From positions 77,748,001 through 77,812,000 of the forward strand of contig OX597817.1 of assembly GCA_951406725.2 (NCBI GenBank): 64,000 bases of DNA. The letters are read 5' to 3'. The notes below the pieces were generated by a model. That model saw only the letters and a list, made by a program, of their open reading frames with translations, did no database searches and was not told where the DNA came from. The position numbers were made by a program, and so were the translations under genes. Positions 1 to 14,240 of this stretch are shown piece after piece. This DNA comes from Octopus vulgaris. Its lineage: Eukaryota. Every line of letters begins with the position of its first letter. Position 1 is the first letter of the stretch.

Positions 1-125
1 AGTGGGATATTAATTATATTTTTTGATAATTTTGTTACATTTTTAAATAATATAAATTAATCATATGTATTGGCTTAAGTCTTTCATTGTTTGATTTGCC
101 TAATAGCGGTTTTGTCTCTAATTTA

Positions 126-166
<41 letters not shown>

Positions 167-169
<3 letters not shown>

Positions 170-471
170 GAGGCGCAATGGCCTAGTGGTTAGGGCAGCG
201 GACTCGCGGTCGCAGGATCGCAGTTTTGATTCCCAGACCGGGCGTTGTGAGTGTTTATTGAGCGAAAACACCTAAAAGCTCCACGAGGCTCCGGCAGGGG
301 GTGGTGATCCCTGCTGTACTCTTTCACCACTCTTTCTCCCACTCTTTCTTCTGTTGGCCTGCTCACTTAGCCAGCGGGGTGGCGTCATTCGAAGGCTAAA
401 ACAATGCGAACGCATTGTGACCAGCGATGTGTAACAACATCTGATGGTCTGGTCGGTCATGTGATCACGTG

Positions 472-472
<1 letters not shown>
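167..472 (+). mobile_element. tRNA-derived SINE (family A)
   Basis: Head has A-box TGGCCTAGTGG and B-box-like GTTTTGATTCC; homologous to the minus-strand copy at 2402-2784; embedded in (TA)n. Confidence 0.8.
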
Positions 473-536
<64 letters not shown>

Positions 537-1113
537 GGTAGGTGTGAGAGGCAGAATCTGGATCATTTGAACATAAAAACAAGTAGGATATTTGGTCTGG
601 ATATGGTCAGTTTAAATGCTAAGGAATTAAATGACAAAGATTCACTCATCCCAGTTTTATAGAGAAATGGAAAATAGGAAGCAGAAATGTTCATAGATTT
701 TCTAAGTAATTTAGCTAACATCTAAAATAAAAGTTTCTAAACTAGATTTGAAAAACACAAAGTGTTTGTAATAATATCAGCTAGATAGAAACTTATTATC
801 TTCTCAAGAGGAATTTACTTACCTTTGAAATTATAAATAACAAAGCAAAATTTTATTTCACTTATTTATTTATTTATTATTGTTTATTTGTTTATCAAAA
901 TATTTATTTTCAAATTTTTCCTCCTTTTTTTTTTTTTTTTTACAAAAAAAGGATATTTTTTTGTTTGCTTTATTTTAACATTCGATTTATTTACATAATT
1001 TAAAATTTTGTCAAAATGTAATCATTCTTCCAAACTTAACTTCATCTCAAGTAATGCACAGTGGTCGTTAGGTGACGGCTAATGTTTCATTCATTTATTT
1101 ATTTATTTATACG

Positions 1114-1115
<2 letters not shown>

Positions 1116-1163
<48 letters not shown>

Positions 1164-1591
1164 GATTATTATAATTATTATTATTATTATTGTTACCATT
1201 CGTATTGTTGTTGTTGTTTTCCTAAAGTACTTTCGCTTATGAACACTTTTAAAAGGAGGTGTCATTGGACATAAATAAACAAACAGAAATAAACAAATTT
1301 CAATAAATAAATATTAATACTAATAAACAAAATCTACAACAACAACAACAGCAACAACAATAGCAACAACAAGCATTTACAAAGTAAGGCGTTGGTTCCA
1401 CATTATGATTTGGACAGAAATTCTTTCATTTTCAATAGCTTTTAAGAATCATACACAACGCAAATCTAAAACTAGATGGATAAACAAAATACTTTTTTAA
1501 TTCCAACATATAAAAGACAATACAGAATTAAGTGCCGCACACTTTATATTTACTTTCTTTATTATTATTATCATTATTATTATTATTATTA

Positions 1592-1638
<47 letters not shown>

Positions 1639-1642
1639 GTTA

Positions 1643-1719
<77 letters not shown>

Positions 1720-1842
1720 TTGTTAAATATTTTTTTTTATTAATTTTGTTATTAAGAACTGTTTTCTCTTGCATTAAACATTTAATCTTTTATTGAAATC
1801 TAGTTTTCCATATTTTTTTGCCCTACTACTACTATTGCTACA

Positions 1843-1886
<44 letters not shown>

Positions 1887-1887
1887 G

Positions 1888-1916
<29 letters not shown>
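1116..1916. repeat. (ATT)n, (CAA)n, (CTA)n and (CTG)n microsatellite cluster
   Basis: Directly visible trinucleotide runs; they explain the poly-Y/L/S ORFs. Confidence 0.95.
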
Positions 1917-1918
<2 letters not shown>

Positions 1919-2082
1919 GGTGTAGACATGGCTGTGTTGTTAAGAAGTTTGCTTTGAGGCCATTTGGTTTTAAGTTCAGTCCCACTGTGTGGCACCTTAG
2001 CTGAATATCTTTTACTATTGCCATGGACCAACAAAAGCCTTGTGAGTGTATTTGGTTGATGGGAACTGAAACAATCCCATCA
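1919..2082 (+). mobile_element. SINE family B, 5' half
   Basis: Matches the repeated head ggctgtgtggtaag...gttcagtcccactg...ggcaccttgggcaag seen more than 10 times in the window. Confidence 0.75.
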
Positions 2083-2401
2083 TATATATATAGAAACAAA
2101 ACAATAAATTGAACAATTATATATTCAATTCAATTTAAATATTTTATACAAACATTTGTGTTATTTGTTTGTATTAAATATTTAAACTGAATTGTATTTA
2201 TAATTGTTCGATTTATTGTTTTGTTTTCTATTTCTAATTTATATTTATATATTAATAAAATGTATGTTTATTTTTTATTTATCTATTGGAATAACATTGT
2301 TATTGATATAGGTGATATAAACCAGTAAATTCTTTGGATATTTAATATCCCTTATGTAAATTTTACGCCTAGCTAAGTTATTGTTATATATATATATATA
2401 T

Positions 2402-2784
2402 TGGTGGCACTCCATTGGTTGCGATGATGAGGGTTCCGGTTGATCCGCTCAACAGAACAGCTTGCGCGTGAAATTAACATGCAAGTGGCTGAGCACTCCA
2501 CAGACACGTGTATCTTTAATGTAGTTCTCAGGGAGATTCAGCATGACACAGAGTGTGACAAGGATGGCTCTTTGAAATACAAGTACAACAGAAACAGGAA
2601 GAAAGAGTGAGAGAAAGCTGTGGTGAAAGAGTACAACAGGGTTCGCCACTACCATCTTCTGGAGCCTCATGGAGCTTTAGGTGTTTTTGCTGAAGAAACA
2701 CTCACAACGCCCGGTCTGGGAATCGAAACCATGATCCTAGGACTGTGAGTCTGCTGCCCTAATCACTGGGCCATTGCACCTCCA
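2402..2784 (-). mobile_element. tRNA-derived SINE (family A)
   Basis: Reverse complement shares head and body with 167-472 (TGGCCCAGTG A-box, GTTTCGATTCC B-box); flanked by (TA)n. Confidence 0.8.
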
Positions 2785-3128
2785 TATATATATATATATG
2801 TACTTTACTTTTCCATTCAGGTGCAATCAACAAAAATGTACTCCATTTAGTGTGAGTGATATTATTTAATGTACGCAGTATATGGTTATGAGCTACTAAT
2901 AGTTTCATACATTGAAGATCTCATCTAGGCAGGTTTAAAGCAAACCTAGTGACATTAAGCAATCTTCAGACTCTGGGCACATGGCCTATGCAAGTTACAA
3001 TTCAGGACAATAGAACAAGAGAAATTGCAAGAAAAAACAAGATAAAAGTTGATTCAAAGAGTGATATGATACAAAATTTGGACAAAGAAAGGAAAAAACA
3101 AAAAAGAAGGATTAGCATTATGTTCCCA

Positions 3129-3490
3129 TTAGGATAGATGGCTTAGAATCAATGGAAGTTTGCAACACAGCTGCTCAATCTGGAGAGGATTGTTCTCAAA
3201 TTGGCAAAGAAGCTTGTCCATGTGTTTACATTTGTTGAAAATTTCTGATCTGAAATTCAGTGGTGTAGTGGAATTCATAGATCTAAAATGGATATGTGAT
3301 CTTTGAGCTATGCAATACTTGCATTTTTTTGATCCATTAACACATGGCATGGGTTTTTCTATGATTTTCCACTTGATTGTATGTGGCATGGAATTGGTCT
3401 TCAAACCTCATATGTGGCTAGTCAACTAGGTGGCATTATTTTTCTCCATGTGCTGGGAAGAAGATGGGTGGTTAGCATAGATAATGGAGT
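3129..3490 (-). pseudogene. Penelope-like element GIY-YIG endonuclease C-terminal remnant
   Basis: IKWKIIEK...CKYC...LNFRSEIFNKCKH resembles the PLE GIY-YIG C-terminus; homologous remnant at 18760-19030. Confidence 0.65.
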
Positions 3491-4457
3491 TTGATTTGAG
3501 AGATGTGTAGCTACTGTTTCTAGTAGATTGTGTGAATACGTAAAGGCTCCTGTTAGTGATTTGTATGATACAAAACATTTTCTTTCTTTCTCTCATATTC
3601 TCACCCCTTATCCACTCCAAGCTCCTCCTCTTTTTCATCATCATCATCATTATCACCAGGAAAATATACCAAAGATGACACTTGAGTTCAATGCAGCCCT
3701 GCAATTTGATAGTTTCCTTTCAAAATGTCCAACCCATGTCAGCATGGAAAGCTGACGTTAAAATGATGAGGATGATGATGATGATGATGGCTAAATGCTC
3801 ACATGATTACATAGATAGAGAGATAGAGAGATAGAGAGATAGAGAGATAGATAGATAAATAGATAGATAGTGTGAGAGAGAGAGGTAGAAAGAGAAATTA
3901 CACATGCATACAAACATAACAAGATACTGATGCATAAACAAAGGGGTGAGAGAAGAGGATAGAGCGAGAGAGGGAGAGAGAGGGGACGAGAGAGTAGAAA
4001 GAGGGGGAGAAAAGAGGGGACGGGAGAGTAGAAAGGGGGGGAAGAGGGGAAGAGAGAGGAAAAAGAAGGGAGAAAGAAAGGAGATGAGAGGGGGAGAGAA
4101 AGATGAGAAGGAAATGGAGACGGAGAGGGGGAGAAGGCAAGGGAGGGAGAGAGAGAGGGGGATTGGGAGATAGAGAGAGTATAGATAGGGGAAAAAGAGG
4201 AGGAGAAAGGCATAGAGCTGGGGAGAGGGGTAGAGGTAAGAGGGTAAGAGAGAGAAAGTGAAACAATGAAACAAACATTAAAACAAGAGAAACTTTCAAA
4301 TGTCTAACATCAAACAAGTCAATCTCGAATCAGTGACATCTAATTGGCAGCGACAAAACAGCAATGCCAAAACATCTCATACCTGTGATTTTCTATAACC
4401 TGAGTATATGTATATGAATGTATGTGTCTAAAAAATTTTACTGTTTACTGTCTAAAA

Positions 4458-4814
4458 TAGTGGTTCTATATTGACCTTCAGATGTCTGTATGGACCCTGA
4501 GGGTTCATATAAGAATTTTGGGGGTCCATGCAGCAAAATTGTAAATTGGGGGATCTACAATAGTATTTTAAGGACCCCTGAAAAATTTTTCTTTAGATGT
4601 ATGTATTGGTGTGTATTGCAAGAAATAGTTAGGTTTCTTTCTCTAATGTTTTACATAATTCAACCTACACAAGTTAAGGTGTGTAAAACAAAATGGGAAT
4701 TTTGAAAGAAATTTCTATAAAACTAGGTTTTAAACATTGAATGGCTATGGGGGTTCACCAGAATGAAATAGTAATCAAAGGTGTTCATAGGTAAAAAAGG
4801 GTTAAGAACCATTG
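4458..4814. mobile_element. hAT (Charlie-like) MITE
   Basis: TIR-like ends TAGTGGTTCT / GGTTAAGAACCATTG and a perfect 8-bp TSD GTCTAAAA at 4450-4457 and 4815-4822. Confidence 0.8.
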
Positions 4815-4878
4815 GTCTAAAATCTTCATGATCATCATCATCATCTACAATGGTAATATGAAGGTAATATTGACCTGT

Positions 4879-5256
4879 TTATTTGAATCCTGTGGTATTG
4901 TGCATTATGGAAATGCTCCACAAGACCAAACAATCAATAAGGAATATTACCTGGAGGTTATACGCCGTCTTTGAGATGCTCTGAGTCGAAAGCGGCCAGA
5001 CATGTAAGTGGGAAAGAATTGGCAACTTTACCATGACAATGTGCCCACTTTCTGAAAACCATGCCGAAACAAAAATCTGATGAGTGTGCACTACACATCA
5101 GAACTCTCGGCATAACAGCTGGGAATTGACATAACCTGCTGGTGTGAAAATGTACAGGAAGGGTGGTGCCACATCCCACCCAAAAGATTTTGCCCATGTG
5201 GGATTAGTTTTTATAGGAAAAAATAAAACTAGATACTTTTTGAATGCACCTTGTAT
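4879..5256. pseudogene. mariner transposase remnants (catalytic-domain piece on +, TIR/5' piece on -)
   Basis: Plus frame reads GIVHY...TINKEYYLEVIRRL*DALSRKRP..NWQLYHDN (mariner HDNA motif region, with stops); minus strand begins with TIR-like TACAAGGTGCATTCAAAAAGTA. Confidence 0.7.
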
Positions 5257-5823
5257 GTCATCATCATAATCATCATCGCCGTCATCATCATCATCATCAT
5301 CATCATTATCGCCATCATCATCATCATTGCTGTCATCATCATCATCATCATCATTTGCATTAGCAGCACCTTCATAATCATAATCATAATCATCATCGTC
5401 ATGGTTTTCATTGTTGTCATGCGCATCATCATCACCACCTCTACCAGCACCAGCACCACCAGCACCACCACTACCACCATCACCACCTACCTCTACCACC
5501 ACCACCACCAGCACCACCACCACCACCACCTCCACCTCTACCACCTTCATCTAGATCACCATCATCATCATTAGCATCACCCTCATCGTCGTCATCATCG
5601 TTATCAATTACACTTACCCTGCCCCTTCCTCCTCCTCCTCCTCCATTCTTCCTCCTCCTGGTACCCCACTTTATTTTGTCTTTCATTCATTCTTTCTTTC
5701 GTTCTTAATACAACATGTTTGGAATTTTTAAATGAAAGTCATATTGATTTTCAGAATTAACTTAATGGAAAAGTCACCAGACAAAATTTTGTGTTTGCGT
5801 ACATGGGTCTGTATGCGAGTATG

Positions 5824-5862
<39 letters not shown>

Positions 5863-5909
5863 TTATATATACATGTTTGTGCGTGTGTATATATTTATAT
5901 GTATATATA

Positions 5910-5972
<63 letters not shown>

Positions 5973-6327
5973 ATACATATATATATATATGTATATACAT
6001 TTGTATGTGTAAATGTGTGCATATTCGTGCATGCGTGTGTGTATGTGTGTGTGTGCATGAGCTGGGGTGCGGGTGGGTTGGATGGGATGGGGGGGTGAGG
6101 CACCGTTCTGAGAGCAGAGGTATGACAGCAGGAGTGTTGGCGTTGGTGTTGGGGTTGATGCAGTTGTTACTGGTGCTAGCGGTGTTGGAGGTGGTGGTCG
6201 CTTAGTTGTTTCGGAGGGAGGGAGTTTAAGAGGAGGGGGTACGCAGCAGACTGTGGTATTTGGTTGCCAGTGTATGGTAAAATAGCATGTTTTGTAATTA
6301 GAGAGTCGAAAAAGGCAAAATTGGCAG

Positions 6328-6367
<40 letters not shown>

Positions 6368-6595
6368 TGTGTGTGTGTGTAGGTATGTGTAGGTGTGTGT
6401 GTGTGTGTGTAGTGTGTGTGTGTGTAGGTATGTGTAGGTGTGTGTGTGTATATACATTTACATACATATATATATATACATATACATATATACATACATG
6501 TACATGCATACACACACACATATAGATAGATAAATAGGTAGATAGATAGGTTGATAGACAGATACACATATAAATAGACAGACAGACAGACAGAC

Positions 6596-6644
<49 letters not shown>

Positions 6645-6708
6645 CAAATGTAAATATATACATGCATACATAAATACATACATATATAAAATTTACATGC
6701 ATACATAA

Positions 6709-6764
<56 letters not shown>

Positions 6765-6921
6765 TATATACATACAAATGTATAGGTGAATGTCTGTGTG
6801 CACATGTGTGTGCATGATGTGTGTGTGATTGTGTGTCTGTAGGGTGTTTGTACTTCTGGATGAACATGTATTTATGTGTGGTGTGTACATATACATGTAT
6901 ATGCCCCTGTATATGTATGGG

Positions 6922-6969
<48 letters not shown>

Positions 6970-7011
6970 CATACATACATATACACACAAAAATAGTTTT
7001 AAAAATAACAA

Positions 7012-7077
<66 letters not shown>

Positions 7078-8105
7078 GACAGAACGATTATGAAAAATCT
7101 CACCACAAACAAGAACAACAATAACCAGATGAACAACAATAAAAAGCAACCAGAATAAACAACAACACTAACATAAGAACGATCTCAGAAATGGTTTCTT
7201 TTGAATGGAGAATCTGGTCCTAGATTAATGTATGTTTTACACATACAAGCATTGCTCTCAAATGTGTTTATTCCAACACTCTAGCAGAGTTAATGGTAGT
7301 GGTGGCGGCGGTGGTGATGATGCTGGTGATGGTGGTGGTGGTGACTGAGTTGGTTGTAGAGGAGGTGGTTTACAGTGGTGGTGGTTGTGGTTGTGATGGT
7401 TGTGGTTGTGATGGTTGTGGTTTTAGTGGTGGTGGTGGTGATTGAGACGGTTGTAGAGGAGGTGGTTGTAGTTGTGGTGGTGTTGGTAGTTGTAGTGGTG
7501 GTTGTGGTGGTGGTTGTGATGGTGACGGTGGTGCCGATTGTGGTAGTGGTTGTGATGGTGGTGTTGGTAGTGGTGGTGGTGGTGGTGTATGGGCTGGTGG
7601 TGGTGAGATGGATGTAGAGGAGGTGGTTACAGTGGTTATAGTTGTGGTGGTGGTTGTGATGGTGGTGTGGTGGTGATGGTAGTGCCAGTTGTGGTAGTAG
7701 TTGTGATGGTTGTGGTAATAGTTGTAGTGGTGGTGTTGGTGATTGTTTTGGTGATGCTGGTGGTTGTGTTTTTGATGGTTGTTGTGGTAGTGGTGGTCTT
7801 ATTGGTAGTAGTAGTAGTAGTGGTGATGGTGGTGGTAGTGGTGGTGGTGGTGTTAGGTGTTGCTGGATGACTTGATAGCTGGATGAAACAATGGATCAGA
7901 GAGGAGGTGTCAGCTAGTAGATGGTGATGGTGGGTGTGATAATAAAATTGCAGGTGTTACTGGAATGAGGGTGTCGGTGGTGGTTGTGGTAGTAGGGCTG
8001 GGGGTGGTGTTTGTGGTAAGGATGGTGGGCACAGTAGGGTTGATGATGCAGAAATAGAAGTTTAGGTAGAGGGGTGGTGCTTACATACATGCATACAAAC
8101 ATACA

Positions 8106-8144
<39 letters not shown>

Positions 8145-8260
8145 GCATACACATATATATATATATACATATATACATACATACATATATATATATATAT
8201 ATTTATAAATATATATATATGTATATATCTATATATCTATCTATATATATATATATACAC
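5257..8260. repeat. Compound microsatellite/low-complexity tract ((CAT)n, (CAC)n, (TA)n, (TG)n, (GATA)n, (AAT)n, (GTG)n)
   Basis: Directly visible. Confidence 0.9.
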
Positions 8261-8457
8261 CTCCCCTGTCACTATATGTGTAACTGCCCGAAATGGTCAT
8301 GACTTTTGGAACTTGACTGAGATAAGAAAGCCACAAATGACCCATATTTTTTTGCCTGTCCATCTAATTGTTGTTCCTCTCGGCTGCCTTTGTATTGTCT
8401 ATATGTCCAAATGATTTAACGTCCTCTATTGCAATTTTTGTTCCATTGATATATATA

Positions 8458-8499
<42 letters not shown>

Positions 8500-8778
8500 G
8501 ACATGGTCCCAGGTTCAGTCCCACCATGTGGAACCTTGGGCAAATGCCTTCTCCTATAGCTTTGAGCTGACCAAAGCATTGTGAGTGGATTTGGTGTGTG
8601 TAGATATACATGCATAACATATGCACACACACACACACACAAACAGATATGCATGTAATATTTTGTTGTGTCTAGAGAGAGTCATTATGCAAATATTATT
8701 AACACATACCCTGGTTCAATTCCACTCTTCTATTGTTAGTCAGTCCAACTAGCTAATTGATTATTTGCTAAATTTGGT

Positions 8779-9350
8779 TAACCCTTTGATATTCTAACTG
8801 GCTATATCCAGCTCAAATGTTCTACTTGTTATATGTTTGAACTGGCCTGATCAGGCCTGGAATCTCAAGGCTACAATGTAATCTCTCTATATATAATGCT
8901 GAAGTTGTCTGTGTATGGCAGGTTTGGTAGCCTTCAACTAACACTATCTCCTCCGAGACCCTGCAGTGTAAGTTGACCAAAATTGAAAGTTTGATAGAAG
9001 AAAGCTTACTCTTCCTTCCGTAGAAGAAAAAATTCAAATCGGACCATGTTAACACCAAAAATTATTTACATCAAAAAGGTGCTTTTTTTTATAATGAAAA
9101 TCCCTATTTTTTACGAATTTTTTACCTCTGTGTCGCCATTTTTCGGTGTATTTCAACCAGAAAAATTTCACTTAAAGAGAATAACAAGCTACATAATGCA
9201 AAATTTTTAATTTTTCAAAAATTCCAATTCTAAAGGGTCGAAACAAACCCGAGCAATGCTGGGCGATACTGCTAGTGTATGATAAATTCCAAGTAATATG
9301 AATATATAAGCATTAAAGTTGACAGAGAAATCTGAATGCTAAAGGATTAG
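8779..9350. mobile_element. piggyBac-like MITE remnant interrupted by a Helitron
   Basis: Starts TTAACCCTTTGATATT and ends AATGCTAAAGGATTA (degenerate TTAA/CCC-type TIRs); a related end occurs at ~550-630. Confidence 0.4.
8882..9275 (+). mobile_element. Non-autonomous Helitron
   Basis: 5' TC start after A8881, subterminal GC hairpin cccgagcaatgctggg, 3' CTAG followed by T9276 (A|T target, no TSD); same ends as 19713-20081. Confidence 0.8.
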
Positions 9351-9628
9351 ACAGTAAGGCCTTTGTTTTGCTTTTGTTTCTTAAATTAAATAAACAATCA
9401 ATTGGTTAGTTGGATATTTAACCAATTGAATAATAATAAACTAATGGAATTGAACCTGTGCTCGTGTTAATTATATTGGCATAATGACTCTCCCTAGACA
9501 AAACAAAAATTGTTTCAACACACGAATTCACATAATGAATCTTGCAAACCAGATGCAAAAACACTTGTAATACTTAATACTTTAAACACTTACACATTAA
9601 AACATGCAAGTTCTGATATATTACAAAC

Positions 9629-9783
9629 AGGTGTGGCTTTGTGGTAAGAAGTTTGCTTCCCAACCACATTGTTCCGGGTTCAGTCCCACTGCATGGCACC
9701 TTGGGCAAGTGTCTTCTACTAAAGCCTTGGGCTGATCAAAGCCTTGTGAGTGGATTTGGTAGACAGAAACTGACAGAATCATA

Positions 9784-9785
<2 letters not shown>
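9629..9785 (+). mobile_element. SINE family B, 5' half
   Basis: Matches the family consensus head. Confidence 0.75.
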
Positions 9786-9868
<83 letters not shown>

Positions 9869-9928
9869 GAGAGAGAGATAAAACTTACTTGGAAATGGAT
9901 GCATGGTGTTCGATCATAAAATAATATA

Positions 9929-9981
<53 letters not shown>

Positions 9982-9989
9982 TATATACA

Positions 9990-10370
9990 TATATATATAT
10001 GTACATACCTACATATGTATGTATATATACATCTATATATGGGTACAGGACATCAACAGAAAAAATGTGAACAAAATGAGGAATGAGAATATGAAGAAAC
10101 AAAAACATGGAAAACGAACTTTTGTTTTGAACAATGAAAGAAACAAAGAGAGAAACAAGACAGACAACATAAAGAACATTCCTTTCATCATTTGTTCCCT
10201 GTTTTAACTACTCCTGAGTTTGAACGCGACTTTGTTAAAACAGTCATTCCTGCAAAGCAAATTTTTAAAAATTTGGGATTTGCAAAAGGTTAAATCGGTG
10301 ACAAAAACAGGACGTTTGAAACATGGAGTACATAAAACAGGGGACAGCTGATGAAGGGAATATTCATAAA
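9990..10370. mobile_element. PLE pseudo-LTR-like repeat with short inverted duplicate
   Basis: Homologous to 34010-35490 and 41300-43171; 10178-10228 is inverted relative to 10314-10365; next to (TA)n. Confidence 0.55.
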
Positions 10371-10480
10371 CATTTAAATTAGGAATATTTCTTACAAACT
10401 GTTAGCTTCACATTTCAACAGCTTAACTGAAATTTAGCCGATGTAACAGGAACTGAGAGGGATATCGTTGAACAGAAAAT

Positions 10481-10516
<36 letters not shown>

Positions 10517-10570
10517 ATAATAATAATAATAATAATAATAATGATAATAATAATAATAATAATAATAATA

Positions 10571-10853
10571 GAGGTAACTAGAATGTGGAATCTGAAAACA
10601 GAAACAATTCCTATCATAGTAGGTGCATTAGGCATGATAAAAAAATATTCTGACAAATACATAACAAAAACACCAGGACTTACAAACACATATAACATAC
10701 AGAAAATTGCACTACTAGGCACTGCACACATCCTACGCAGAACACTTTCCATACAATAACCATCAGAGCATCACAACAAATCACAGCACATACCCAAGGC
10801 ACACAGAGCTGCGCTCGGTAGTGAAGTGAAAGCACGCTATAAAAATAAAACTA

Positions 10854-10856
<3 letters not shown>
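10571..10856 (+). mobile_element. 5'-truncated R4/Dong-like (RLE-type) non-LTR retrotransposon 3' end
   Basis: Reads EVTRMWNLKTETIPIIVGALG...IQKIALLGTAHILRRTL*, the typical R4-clade C-terminus; (AAT)n on both sides; nearly identical to 62711-62975. Confidence 0.85.
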
Positions 10857-10906
<50 letters not shown>

Positions 10907-10909
10907 TAA

Positions 10910-11047
10910 TGGCTTCTCATTTTAGCACAAAGCCAGCATTTTTGAAGGAGGGAGTAACTTGATTACACTGGCCCCAGTGTTCAATTTTTACTTATTTTAT
11001 TGACTCTGAAAGGATAAAAGACAAAGTCAACCTCGGCAGAATTTGAA
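10910..11047 (-). mobile_element. SINE family C fragment
   Basis: Homologous to 46853-47086. Confidence 0.6.
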
Positions 11048-11076
11048 ATACAATAATAATAATAATAATAATAATG

Positions 11077-11113
<37 letters not shown>

Positions 11114-11134
11114 TAATAATAATAACAATAATAA

Positions 11135-11236
<102 letters not shown>

Positions 11237-11807
11237 TAATAAGAAGAAGAAGAAGAAGAAGAAGTGAAATGCAACCAGTGCATGTGTTTCTTATGGCTAA
11301 ATGACCCTCCACAAAATAAAATAACTAATTTTATTTAATAGAATATCTAATGTTTCATTAGATTTGGAAGCTAGCTAAATAAATGACTCTTATTTAAAAT
11401 AATAGTGGTAAGGTAAAGCCTTTAAAACTGGCAGATTCTGTAAAGAATAACATCGGGAGATCTTGAAAGAGTTGGTGTTAAACGGAACTAAGATAGCATT
11501 TACTGCAATTTAGATAAAACAGCTACACGTAGAATATTAAGCAAAAGGCTGTTGAATAAAATATAAACCAAAGTCTGAAGAACCAAATAATGGTCAGTCT
11601 CAAGAAATATTTGCTAACAGAAAAACCCACATTCACATACACAAGCACACATATACACTTATATGCATACATGAGCACACATTGATGCATTTGTGATCGT
11701 ATTTATAAACACTCTAACACACACACACACACATCTGTATTAGCATACACTCATAACACGTCAGCAGTATTGTTAGCATGTAGAAGTGTCTATTGATCTA
11801 TCTATCC

Positions 11808-11891
<84 letters not shown>

Positions 11892-11970
11892 GTTTGTCTA
11901 TCTGTCTATCTGTCTACAGGTAAGGTGATGCAAACAGGAAAATAGAACTCAAAATATGAATACATATATA

Positions 11971-12487
11971 TCATCATCATCATCATCATCATCATTTAGC
12001 GTCCGCTTTCCATGCTAGCATGGGTTGGACGGTTCAACTGGGGTCTGTGAAGCCAGAAGGCTGCATCAGGCCCAGTCTGATCTGGCAGTGTTTTTACGGC
12101 TTGATGCCCTTCCTAATGCCAACCACTCCATGAGTGTAGTGGGTGCTTTTTACGTGCCAGATGGAGCTGGCAAACGGCCACGGACGGATGGTGCTTTTTA
12201 TGTACCACTGGCACGGGGGCCAGGTGAGACTGGCAACGGCCACGATCAGATGGTGCTTTTTACGTGCCACCAGCATGGGGGCCAGGCGAGGTTGGCAATG
12301 GCCATGAACGGATGGTGCTTTTTACGTGCCACCGGCATGGAGGCCAGTCGGGTCGGAGCTGGCAATGGCCACGATCGGATGGTTCGCTTACTTGTCACTG
12401 GCACTGGTATCACAGCTGCAATTTTCATTGATGTTGATCGCCTTCAATTTTGGTTCTGCTTTCTGATATCTGATTTGATTTGGTTTA
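11971..12487 (-). mobile_element. RTE LINE 3' UTR fragment with ~60-bp internal tandem repeats and (GAT)n tail
   Basis: Closely matches 22451-23035, the 3' UTR of the RTE at 22451-25325. Confidence 0.85.
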
Positions 12488-12545
12488 GCCAAAGCAACAG
12501 AGTGACTCAAGGACCAAGATTAATATATATATATATATATATGTA

Positions 12546-12950
12546 GGCATAGGAGTGGTTGTGTGCTAAGTAGTTTGCTTACCAACCACATGGTTCTGAG
12601 TTCTGTCCTACTGCATGGCACCCTGGGCAAGTGTCTTCTACTATAGCCTCAGGCCAACCAAAGCCTTGTGAGTGGATTTGGTAGACAGAAATTGAAAGAA
12701 TCCCATCGTATATATGTATATATATGTATGTGTGTGTTTGTGTGTCTGTATTTGTCCCTCCAACATCGCTTGACAACCGATGCTGGTGTGTTTACGTCCC
12801 TGTAACTTAGTGGTTCATCAAAAAGAGACTGATAGAATAAGTACTTGGCTTACAAAGAATAAGACCTGGGGTCGATTTGCTCAACTAAAAGCGGTGCTCC
12901 AGCATGGCCACAGGCAAATGACTGAAACAAGTAAAAGAGTAAAAGAGTAA
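12546..12950 (+). mobile_element. SINE family B, full length with internal TA/TG microsatellite
   Basis: Head, internal microsatellite, body and (aaaagagt) tail; multiple homologues in the window. Confidence 0.85.
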
Positions 12951-12953
12951 ATA

Positions 12954-12998
<45 letters not shown>

Positions 12999-13001
<3 letters not shown>

Positions 13002-13285
13002 GGTGCATGGCTCAGTGGTTACGGTGTTGCACTCATGATTGCGAGATCATGAGTTCGATTCCCATACAGGGCGTTTCATTGTGTTCTTGAACAAAGCACT
13101 TCATTTCACATTGCTCTGCAATCACTTTGTCATCTGACATGTGGCACATGGTGCATCTGCACAGATAAAAGTCGATTTGATGGAGGGAGTGAGCTTATGT
13201 GTACACAAACATTTGATCACTATAACCAAATAAGCTGTGAGGTTGTTCAGTGAGAAATTGTTGAACAATAGGAGAGCCCATCATC
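12999..13285 (+). mobile_element. tRNA-derived SINE (family D)
   Basis: A-box TGGCTCAGTGG and B-box GTTCGATTCC; head similar to 37795-38139. Confidence 0.7.
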
Positions 13286-13349
13286 ACACACACACACACA
13301 CACACACGCACACACACGCACACACACGCACACATATATATATATATGT

Positions 13350-14240
13350 ATGTATGTATACATAAATATAAAAATGGGGCAAAAACACAATAGAAGGCAT
13401 TAAAACGTTTGGTCAGATAGACGATACAAAGGAGGACAAGAGAAACAAAAATTAGGACAGGCAATAAAAGACGGGTCATTCATGACTTTCTTTTTTCAGT
13501 CAAGTTCCAGTAGTCATGACCATTTCGGGCAGTGACACTTGAGATGGTTCGATCTAAAAATCTAAGCTAAGAGCATTAGACCCCTTTGTAAGAAAGCTAG
13601 TGAATATATACAGCAACAAAGGCAAAAATATAACAAACAAGAAAACAGAGAACATGGTATACAATTACGAATACAAATAAAAAGAAATAACAACAGGTGT
13701 CTTTCGACTGAGAATGAATCAAATTGAGTTGGCATGTATGAAGTGAAAGCCTAAAGGCAGGAACATAGGAGATGGGCACAAGAGGTGTTGGTAGTTGGCT
13801 GTCAGGCCAAGAAAGAAAGATCATAGCTGGTCGGACACCGGTCATGTGGAAGGAGGAGAGATGGGTAGGGGACAGCGGGATTGAAGGATTAGAAAAACAA
13901 ATCGGAGACAAAGAGAAAGGTACAGGGGAGATAAACAGGTGGGAAATAGTGGTAGTTAAGGAAAGAGAGGGCCAAGAAATGAGAGAGAGGGAGAGCGAGA
14001 AAAAGGAGGCAAATGATATGGGGAATAAAAGATAGAGCAAGAGCCATACGAAATTTAGATACATGCCTACTATAAGGTGAGCACAAGGGTGTACGTATGC
14101 CACTATATATATACATAAATATAAAAATGGAACAAAAATACAATAGAGGACATTAAAATATTCGGACAAATAGATGATGCAAAGGTGGACACGAGAAACA
14201 ACAATTAGAAGGACAGGCAAAAAAAGACGGTTCATTCGTG
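13350..14240. mobile_element. PLE pseudo-LTR-like element with terminal direct repeat
   Basis: 13355-13480 is repeated at 14105-14238; related to 8260-8450 and 36330-36940. Confidence 0.5.

Noticed and set aside
167-245. tRNA-like sequences at SINE heads (also 12999 and 37795)
   Set aside because: They lack an intact cloverleaf and continue into SINE bodies, so they are not tRNA genes
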